Shown here: piece by piece, positions 1 through 6,086 of the stretch | How positions within the stretch are numbered: the stretch's first letter is position 1 | How the letters are laid out: every line of letters starts with the position of its first letter | Translations under genes and position numbers: made by a program | IMG/VR virus record: IMGVR_UViG_3300031228_000023 | Coordinates: 1-32,182 of that record | Reading direction: 5' to 3' (one strand) | Source of the DNA: a virus | Taxonomy: Duplodnaviria; Caudoviricetes | Length of the DNA stretch: 32,182 nucleotides | The notes under the pieces: model-generated | Told to the model about the DNA's origin: nothing | The model's input: the letters and a program-made list of their open reading frames with translations, nothing else | Database searches by the model: none

Positions 1-1
1 T

Positions 2-214
2 ATCGTAGGCTATGGCCTCGACATTAAGACCTACGCTTACCACGGAGGCTTCGCCGGCAAGAACGAAGCTATGGGTGAGTCGGTGGACCAGTTCCTCAAA
101 TCCTTCCCCCACCACAGCATCCGCTCCGTCGCCGCCCACGACATCACCGCCAACGTCCGCAATTTCGTGGCGGCGAACCCTGAGCCTCCGCCCTCCACTG
201 AGGACCCCCGCTAA
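2..214 (+). CDS. Hypothetical protein, 5'-truncated by the window edge
   Basis: Open frame from position 2 (IVGYGLDIKTYAY...STEDPR*). Its TAA overlaps the next ATG (TAATG, 212-216). C-ending codon bias matches neighbouring genes. Confidence 0.7.
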   Translation: MVGYGLDIKTYAYHGGFAGKNEAMGESVDQFLKSFPHHSIRSVAAHDITANVRNFVAANPEPPPSTEDPR

Positions 215-675
215 TGCCCCGCACTTCCGGCATCTCCTACCTATCCAGCCCCGAGGCTGTGGCCCTGGCCGACACCTACGTCGCCAACGTCCGCGCTCTC
301 ATGGCCCAACGCGGCTGGTCCACCAAGAAACTGTCGGCCGAAACCTCCATCAACGACAGTACCATCCGCAACATCCTGTGCAGCTCGGTGACCCCCAGCC
401 TGATCGGCGCGGCCGCAATCGCCGCCGCCTTGGGCACGACCGTTGACCGCCTCCTGGGCCTGCCCCCCGAGGCCGACCTCCGGGACGAGCGCCTGTTCTG
501 CCTCCACACAGCGGTGTGGGTCGAAGGCACCACCGCCTGCCCGAACTGCCTCACCGCGTGGCGGAGGATACAGGACGCCAAACAGCGCCTGTATGTCGAG
601 AACCGCGCCGCCAACGCCCCGCCCCTCCTCTCCGCCGTCACCGGCCAACCCCTCGCCACGGACCCTCCAGCATGA
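214..675 (+). CDS. XRE/Cro-like helix-turn-helix regulator with a C-terminal Cys/His cluster
   Basis: NVRALMAQRGWSTKKLSAETSINDSTIRNIL...PSLIGAAAIAAALGTTVDRLLG fits the HTH_XRE pattern. It is followed by CLH...CPNC. Coupled to both neighbours. Confidence 0.8.
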   Translation: MPRTSGISYLSSPEAVALADTYVANVRALMAQRGWSTKKLSAETSINDSTIRNILCSSVTPSLIGAAAIAAALGTTVDRLLGLPPEADLRDERLFCLHTAVWVEGTTACPNCLTAWRRIQDAKQRLYVENRAANAPPLLSAVTGQPLATDPPA

Positions 676-1175
676 CCCACTGCCTCTTCTGCAACGCGCG
701 TGCGGATAACCCGCACAGCTTCGGCTGCCCCTACCGCAAACCGACCTACGCCCCCGACGAACGGTCGCCCCCACGGGCGGGCCGCACCGAACCCCGGATG
801 GAGGTAGGGGTTCGCCTTGCCAGCGGTGAGACGGGGCTGGACACGGGCGGCCACGTAACCAACTGGGAGCTGGCTTTCTTCACCATGCGCACCCGGGCCG
901 AGACGGCCGAGGCTGCCCTTGCCGACAAGACGACCCTCCACGAGAACTGCCTCAAGGTCATCGACCAATTGACGGAACAAGTCAATGCCAAGGAGTCCCA
1001 CCGCCGCGCCAACGAGAAGGCTATGGTCGAAGCCCAGCGCCAAGTCACCGAGCTGGAGGGCATCAACACCGAATACACCACCAAGATCGACAGCCTCACC
1101 CGTGCCATCCGTGCCCTCGCCCCCTACCGCGACTTCTTCGAGGTCATCCAAGCCGTCATCTCCGCCCGCACCTAA
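672..1175 (+). CDS. Hypothetical protein with N-terminal CxxC...HxxxC motif and coiled coil
   Basis: ATGA overlap with the upstream gene gives start 672 (MTHCLFCNARADNPHSFGCP). The C-terminal half is heptad-rich. Confidence 0.7.
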   Translation: MTHCLFCNARADNPHSFGCPYRKPTYAPDERSPPRAGRTEPRMEVGVRLASGETGLDTGGHVTNWELAFFTMRTRAETAEAALADKTTLHENCLKVIDQLTEQVNAKESHRRANEKAMVEAQRQVTELEGINTEYTTKIDSLTRAIRALAPYRDFFEVIQAVISART

Positions 1176-1200
1176 CCCCCAACCCAAGGACCCTCCTGCC

Positions 1201-1383
1201 ATGACCCCCGACCTGCCCGGCCTTCCGCTTCCCGGTGACCCCTGCTCCGAGGACCTCACCGACGACAACTCCCTCGATGACGACGACTTCGACCCAGACC
1301 TCGAAGACATGGAGGACGACGAGGACCCCGACGACGACACCTTCGACGACCTGGGCCTCGATGACCTCGGCGAGGAGGACTGA
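1201..1383 (+). CDS. 60-aa extremely acidic protein
   Basis: AAGGA upstream of ATG 1201. MTPDLPG...LGEED* has 29 of 60 residues D/E and no K/R/H. It fills the gap between flanking genes. Confidence 0.7.
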   Translation: MTPDLPGLPLPGDPCSEDLTDDNSLDDDDFDPDLEDMEDDEDPDDDTFDDLGLDDLGEED

Positions 1384-1386
1384 CCC

Positions 1387-1782
1387 ATGGCCAAGTTCCG
1401 CCCAGCCACAACCGGCCCGACCCTCAACGACTACGCCCAGGACATCCACGCCCACAACGTGGCGGTGGGTTGGTGGGACGACTCCATCCGTTACGGCGGC
1501 TGCATCCCCGACAAGTACCTCGTCCCCACCAAACTGGCCTTGATCCACAGCGAGGTGTCCGAGGGTCTTGAAGGGTTCCGCAAGTCCCTGCCCGACAACC
1601 ATCTGCCTCACCGCACCATGGCGGAGGTTGAATGCGGCGACCAGCTCATCCGTATCTTCGACCTCGCAGGCTACATGGGCTGGGACCTCGACGCCGCCGT
1701 GGCGGAGAAGCTAGCCTACAACGCCACCCGCGAGGACCACAAGCGCGAAGCCCGGGACGCTCCCGGGGGAAAGTCCGTCTAA
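1387..1782 (+). CDS. MazG-like all-alpha NTP pyrophosphohydrolase
   Basis: KLALIHSEVSEGLE...EVECGDQLIRIFDLAG...EKLAYNATR carries the ExxE...ExxD metal-binding pattern of phage MazG-like proteins. Confidence 0.8.
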   Translation: MAKFRPATTGPTLNDYAQDIHAHNVAVGWWDDSIRYGGCIPDKYLVPTKLALIHSEVSEGLEGFRKSLPDNHLPHRTMAEVECGDQLIRIFDLAGYMGWDLDAAVAEKLAYNATREDHKREARDAPGGKSV

Positions 1783-2726
1783 TGCCAGCAGCTAGTGCCT
1801 TCCCCACCACCTCAATCAAGATGCTCCTCGTCGGCAAGCCAGGCACCGGCAAAACCGGTGGGCTCATCTCGATCCTCCTCGACGACCCGGAAGCCCGCCT
1901 GTTCGTCCTCAACTACGACGGCGCAAACTTCGGGACCCTCGTCAACGTGGCCACCTACGACCCGGCCACCAAAGCCCGCCGACCCAACGCCGACGAACTC
2001 CTGTCCCGCATCCAATACTACTCCTTCCGGGACAAGATCGGCCAGATCAACGGCGTGCCCTGGGTGACCGGCATACCTACCGCCTTCCAAGAGTTGGGCC
2101 GCAAACTCAACGATTGGGGCGATGGGTTCGGCGGCCTCATGTCCTGGGGTCCCAAGGACTGGCTCATCATCGACTCCGTCTCCGCCCTGTGCGAGTGTGC
2201 CCTCCGGTACGCGGCCCAACAGGGCGGCCGCCTCAACAAGCGCCTGTCCTTCGAAGACTACGGCGAGGCGATCGGTCGCCTCTCCCTGATCCTCGAGATG
2301 ATAAACGACGAGGCGGTGACCGCGAACGTCTGCGCCATCACCCACATTCGCTACATCGGCGACTTGGAAAGCGGCAAGGATGACAAGACCGGCAAGCCCA
2401 AAGAACTCGAAGCCCTCCCCAACGCCCTGGGCCAGAAGCTCCCCCAGGAAATCGGGCGGTACTTCAACAACATCATCCAGGTCGGAACCCTCGGCGAAGG
2501 CCCCGGCACCCAGCGCTGGATTTTCACCAAACCCCAGGGCCAGTTGCAGCTCCGCAACTCCAACCCTGGCGCGGTCAAGGATCGGTACCCTCTGGCTACC
2601 GGCATGGCCGAACTCGTGCGGGACTTGCGGTCTCTCCCCTCCGGGGCGAAGCCTGCAACCCCACCACCGGGGGCTCCCGCTCCCACCCCGGCGACGGGCA
2701 ATCCCGCCCCCGCCCCAACCGTGTAA
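1782..2726 (+). CDS. Sak4/AAA_24-like P-loop ATPase (putative ssDNA-annealing protein)
   Basis: TAATG coupling gives start 1782. Walker A GKPGTGKT, Walker B LIIDS. Next to an SSB-like gene. Pro-rich C-terminal tail. Confidence 0.75.
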   Translation: MPAASAFPTTSIKMLLVGKPGTGKTGGLISILLDDPEARLFVLNYDGANFGTLVNVATYDPATKARRPNADELLSRIQYYSFRDKIGQINGVPWVTGIPTAFQELGRKLNDWGDGFGGLMSWGPKDWLIIDSVSALCECALRYAAQQGGRLNKRLSFEDYGEAIGRLSLILEMINDEAVTANVCAITHIRYIGDLESGKDDKTGKPKELEALPNALGQKLPQEIGRYFNNIIQVGTLGEGPGTQRWIFTKPQGQLQLRNSNPGAVKDRYPLATGMAELVRDLRSLPSGAKPATPPPGAPAPTPATGNPAPAPTV

Positions 2727-2735
2727 GGAACACGC

Positions 2736-3179
2736 ATGTCCAACGTTGACTTTTCCGAATACCTCTCCAAGCCCGTGGGGGAGATGAAGCGCATCCTGCT
2801 TCCCCCGGGCCACTACCACGCGACCTTCAAGAATTGGACCACCAAAGAGTCCGCCTCGAACAAGCCCATGTTGGTCATCGACTTCGCTTTGGTCGCCGCC
2901 GGCGAGGACGTCCCGCCGGACCAACTCCCGGAGAACGGGGTCGGCAACAAGAAGCTGTCGAACTTCTACATGCTGGCGGAGGACTTCGGCCAGGACGACA
3001 TCCGGAAGACCCTCGAAGCGACCGGCCAGGAAATGGACCCGGCCGCCCCGTTTGGCCAATACCTCGATCCGGCCAAGGGTCTGCCCGTCCTCCTGCTCGT
3101 GGAACATCGGCGCCGGGACAAGGACAACCCGAACTCCGAACTGACGGAGTCGATCTCCAAGGTTCTCCCTGCCGCCTAA
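2736..3179 (+). CDS. DUF669-like putative single-stranded DNA-binding protein
   Basis: AAGGA RBS. LLPPGHYHATF...SASNKPMLVIDF beta-rich pattern typical of phage OB-fold SSBs that follow Sak4-like ATPases. Confidence 0.6.
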   Translation: MSNVDFSEYLSKPVGEMKRILLPPGHYHATFKNWTTKESASNKPMLVIDFALVAAGEDVPPDQLPENGVGNKKLSNFYMLAEDFGQDDIRKTLEATGQEMDPAAPFGQYLDPAKGLPVLLLVEHRRRDKDNPNSELTESISKVLPAA

Positions 3180-3204
3180 GTCGGCGCCGGCACCTACGGA
3201 CTGC

Positions 3205-3233
3205 GGGGAGGGGCTTCGGTCCCTCCCCTTCTT
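3205..3233 (+). terminator. Probable intrinsic terminator
   Basis: GGGGAGGGGC-TTCG-GTCCCTCCCC is a 10-bp stem (one G-U) with a cUUCGg tetraloop, followed by TTCTT, just after the SSB-like gene. Confidence 0.75.
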
Positions 3234-3247
3234 CCCGTTGAGTTACA

Positions 3248-3322
3248 TGGAAGCGTGGGGTGGTTAAGCTCCCTTCGCGGAGGGATGAAGCCCATCGTGA
3301 GACGGCTTGCCTCACGCTTCCA
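3248..3322 (+). ncRNA. Putative structured RNA element (three-way junction) in an intergenic leader
   Basis: 3248-3261 pairs with 3309-3322 (14 bp, two G-U). It encloses hairpin TCCCTT-CGCG-GAGGGA and hairpin AAGCC..TC-GTGA-GA..GGCTT with a GNRA loop. Confidence 0.45.
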
Positions 3323-3353
3323 CCTAACCCAACCCCGCCTAAAGGAACCCATC

Positions 3354-3893
3354 ATGACCAAGCGCAAGCTTCCCTCCGTCTTAGACGAGCTGGACAAGAA
3401 TATGGTGAATACCACCTCGCCCCAGTCCCGCCGCAAGTCCACCGCCACGATCGCCGCCGCCCAACAGGAGGCCCAACAGAACGTCCTGGGCCAGATCGAA
3501 GCGGACCACGTCCTCGCCATGGCGGAGAAGGACAAGACCATCAAGGACTTGCAAGAGGAGGTTCGCCTCCTCACCAACGCCCGCGACTCCCTCGCCGACC
3601 AAGTGGCCCGGCTGAACACCCGCCTCAACGGCACCGCCTCCATCGTGGCCCGTGCCTTCAACCTCGCCCACGAAGCCGGCGCTGTGGTCAACGCGCTCCG
3701 CCGCCACCGCTGGTACTCCCAGCTCAACGCCCAGGACCTAGCGGCCCGCCTCAACGCAGCGGCCAACAACTTCAACCTCGCCTACGAGAGCAAGGACCTC
3801 CCGCCCGCCGGCGACGGTAACATTCCCGGCCTTGCGCGCCAGTCCAACAACCTCGAACGCGCCCGCCAACAATACACCGGCCACCGTCCCTAA
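3354..3893 (+). CDS. Hypothetical coiled-coil protein
   Basis: AAAGGA RBS before ATG 3354 (MTKRKLPS). Heptad-rich middle. C-ending codon bias. Confidence 0.75.
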   Translation: MTKRKLPSVLDELDKNMVNTTSPQSRRKSTATIAAAQQEAQQNVLGQIEADHVLAMAEKDKTIKDLQEEVRLLTNARDSLADQVARLNTRLNGTASIVARAFNLAHEAGAVVNALRRHRWYSQLNAQDLAARLNAAANNFNLAYESKDLPPAGDGNIPGLARQSNNLERARQQYTGHRP

Positions 3894-3902
3894 GGCCCGC
3901 CC

Positions 3903-5033
3903 ATGTCCCGCGTCCCTCCGTCCTGGCCCACCGGCCGACCCGGCCCTTGCCGTATAGCGATCGTTGGCGAAGCCCCGGGCCAGGATGAGGTTTGGGCGGG
4001 CGCGCCCTTCGTCGGTATGTCCGGCCAGGAGCTGACCTCCCAACTCGCCCAGGCCGGCATCGACCGCTCCGAGTGTCTGCTGACGAACGTCCTGTCCGTC
4101 CGCCCCGCCGACAACAACCTCGCCTCGCTCTGCGTCCGCAAGGAGGACCTCCCCAGTGACTACCCCATTCATATTGGTCCTATGGTTACTCACGGCGGGA
4201 ACTTCTACCTACGGCCTGATCTGCTGGCTGAAGGTGCTAGGCTACGCGAGGAGCTTGCCGCAGCCCAACCAAACGTGGTTATCGCTCTTGGCGCTACTGC
4301 TTGCTGGGCTCTGCTTGGCGACACTGGCATCGGCAACCTGCGGGGCGTGGTCCATCGTTCTGTCACAAGCGTACCCTACAAGGTAGTCCCCACCTGGCAC
4401 CCGGCCGCGATCCTCCGCACCTGGCAGTGGCGGCCCATAGCCATCGCCGACCTGGCCAAAGCCAAGCGAGAGTCGGCCTACCCGGAGTTCCGCTATGACA
4501 ACTTCGAACTCTGGCTGGAGCCCGAGCTTCCCGACCTCCACGAATTTGAGAGGCTCCATATACCCCCGGGTTCTGTCGTGGCACCTGACGTCGAGACAGC
4601 CAATGGCGAGATTACCTGTATCGGCTTTGGTGTCGGCGAAACTGCCCGCCGAGGTTTGGTCATTCCTTTTAGGACGGACCCTGTCACCGTGGGAAAAGGC
4701 GATAGTCGACGTACTCTCTACACTGGCAACTACTGGCCGTCCTTCGCCCACGAACGCGCCGCTTGGCTCTGGGTCAAGCGCATCCTCGAAGACCGGAAGG
4801 ACCTTCAGTTAGTCTGGCAGAACGGATTGTATGATATCCAGTACCTAATCAAGCATGGCATCTTCGCAACCAATTCGACCCACGACTGTATGTTGATGCA
4901 CCACTCAATGTACCCGGAGATGGACAAGAGCCTCGGCTTCCTGGGCTCGATCTACCTCAACACCCAGAGCTGGAAACAGTTCGGCGGCAAGCGGGGCCAG
5001 AAGTTCGCCGACGACTTGAAGAAGGACGCCTAG
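3903..5033 (+). CDS. UDG-like domain fused to the N-terminal part of a DnaQ-like 3'-5' exonuclease (first subunit of a split PolA)
   Basis: Family-4-like UDG motifs IAIVGEAPG, LTNV, VIALGATA and PTWHPAAILR. Then ExoI (APDVET), ExoII (QNGLYDIQYL) and HDCMLMHH...SLGFLGSIY. No ExoIII before the stop. Confidence 0.85.
   Translation: MSRVPPSWPTGRPGPCRIAIVGEAPGQDEVWAGAPFVGMSGQELTSQLAQAGIDRSECLLTNVLSVRPADNNLASLCVRKEDLPSDYPIHIGPMVTHGGNFYLRPDLLAEGARLREELAAAQPNVVIALGATACWALLGDTGIGNLRGVVHRSVTSVPYKVVPTWHPAAILRTWQWRPIAIADLAKAKRESAYPEFRYDNFELWLEPELPDLHEFERLHIPPGSVVAPDVETANGEITCIGFGVGETARRGLVIPFRTDPVTVGKGDSRRTLYTGNYWPSFAHERAAWLWVKRILEDRKDLQLVWQNGLYDIQYLIKHGIFATNSTHDCMLMHHSMYPEMDKSLGFLGSIYLNTQSWKQFGGKRGQKFADDLKKDA
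4156..4386 (+). CDS. Candidate overprinted (+1 frame) 76-aa membrane protein inside the UDG-like gene
   Basis: AGGAGG (4141-4146) lies 9 nt before GTG 4156. Two hydrophobic stretches. ORF limits coincide with a T-ending codon patch of the host gene. Confidence 0.55.
   Translation: MTTPFILVLWLLTAGTSTYGLICWLKVLGYARSLPQPNQTWLSLLALLLAGLCLATLASATCGAWSIVLSQAYPTR
4495..4812 (+). CDS. Candidate overprinted (+1 frame) 105-aa protein inside the exonuclease part
   Basis: GGAG 7 nt before ATG 4495. The stop is formed by the rare host codon TTA. Host codons are T/A-ending-rich within the ORF. Confidence 0.4.
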   Translation: MTTSNSGWSPSFPTSTNLRGSIYPRVLSWHLTSRQPMARLPVSALVSAKLPAEVWSFLLGRTLSPWEKAIVDVLSTLATTGRPSPTNAPLGSGSSASSKTGRTFS

Positions 5034-5036
5034 CCC

Positions 5037-5246
5037 ATGACCGCCACCGACCGCACCAAGCCCGCCTGGGAACCCATCAGCCAAGCCCGGATGATCGCCG
5101 ATAACATCCACAAGGACCTCGCGGACGCTGACCGGGCGACCGAACCTTGGGCTCGTCTCCACCATGTCGAGGTCGCCCAGGATCGCATCAACGGATTGAA
5201 GGCTCGCCTTGACACAGCGGCGAAGGAACTCGGAGCCCGCCAATGA
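5037..5246 (+). CDS. Small hypothetical helical protein
   Basis: AAGGA upstream. 69 aa. ATGA overlap with the RNase H gene. Confidence 0.65.
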   Translation: MTATDRTKPAWEPISQARMIADNIHKDLADADRATEPWARLHHVEVAQDRINGLKARLDTAAKELGARQ

Positions 5247-5764
5247 GCGTAGCCAACATCATCTGTGACGCATCGGTCCTCCAGCCCGGCCGCGAAGCCT
5301 GGGGTTGGGCCTGTGCCATCATCACCGACCGAACCCGTCACTACACCTCCGGGCAGGGACGGGTCCCCGTCGCCTCCTCCAACGACGCCGAGTTCTTCGC
5401 CATCACCAACAGCCTTGACTTCGCCTTCCGCCGCGGCATGATCGCTCCCAACGAAGTCGTCCTGATCCAATCCGACAGCCTCCATGCCGCCGGTGTCTTC
5501 AACTATCACTTCCGTTCGCGCCACTATCGAGGCGCCCCGGTAGGTCGGACCTGCCCGACCGTTAGCCCGGCCCAAGCCCAAGCCATCGTCCACCTGACCG
5601 GCCTCCTGTCTCGCCACCCCTACCGTTCCATCTATGTCCGCCACGTCAAAGCCCACCTCGCCTTCGCCAACCGCGCCGCCCGGAACCACGTCCACGAACG
5701 GGTGGACGAGCTGGCCGGCATCGCCGCCCGCAAGGCCTATGGAGCCCTCGCCCATGTCCGCTAA
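5243..5764 (+). CDS. rnhA: Ribonuclease HI-like protein
   Basis: Catalytic D-E-D-D pattern: IICDAS, SNDAEFFAI, IQSDSL, HVKAH...HERVDELA. Confidence 0.85.
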   Translation: MSVANIICDASVLQPGREAWGWACAIITDRTRHYTSGQGRVPVASSNDAEFFAITNSLDFAFRRGMIAPNEVVLIQSDSLHAAGVFNYHFRSRHYRGAPVGRTCPTVSPAQAQAIVHLTGLLSRHPYRSIYVRHVKAHLAFANRAARNHVHERVDELAGIAARKAYGALAHVR

Positions 5765-6083
5765 CTCTCCCGACGACCGCGACCCCCTAACCGAGGCCAA
5801 GAACGCCATCTGCCAAAAGGTCGGCTACTCCATCGGCGGCGCGTTGGTGTCCATGCTCCGCGAACACTCCCCCTGCGCCTGTGTCTCCTGCCAATACCAA
5901 GCCATCGCCCACCTCTGCGACTGGACCGCCAATGGGGAAGACGTTCGGCACAGCTTGCCGGCGGTCCTTGCTCTCATCACTGCGTTGGAGTCCCTTCGCG
6001 ACGAACTGGGTGCGGTCCAGGCCTTCGGCGAAGCTCTGGCCGCAGCCGGGGTCAGCCCCAACACAGACTTCGGCACCGCCTAA
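5754..6083 (+). CDS. Hypothetical protein with a CxCxxC motif
   Basis: GGAG upstream of ATG 5754 (MSANSPDDRD). Contains PCACVSC. Ends 3 nt before the polymerase start. Confidence 0.65.
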   Translation: MSANSPDDRDPLTEAKNAICQKVGYSIGGALVSMLREHSPCACVSCQYQAIAHLCDWTANGEDVRHSLPAVLALITALESLRDELGAVQAFGEALAAAGVSPNTDFGTA

Positions 6084-6086
6084 CTG

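Noticed and set aside
214-675. Prophage repressor implying a temperate lifestyle
   Set aside because: No integrase, att site, divergent cro or S24 peptidase domain in the window, so lifestyle cannot be called.
1255-1380. GACGAC-type repeats as a repeat array or CRISPR
   Set aside because: Explained by Asp codons of the acidic protein. No repeat-spacer periodicity was seen anywhere in the window.
1812-3107. Long antisense ORFs such as 1812-3107, 276-1427, 15931-17610 and 18554-19897
   Set aside because: They mirror well-supported genes on the other strand. High GC and codon bias suppress stops, and the products show no motifs.
3248-3322. Hammerhead or twister ribozyme identity for the intergenic structure
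   Set aside because: No CUGANGA/GAAA core, and the twister-like words (UAA, UCCC, GAGGG, AAGC) are not in the required order.
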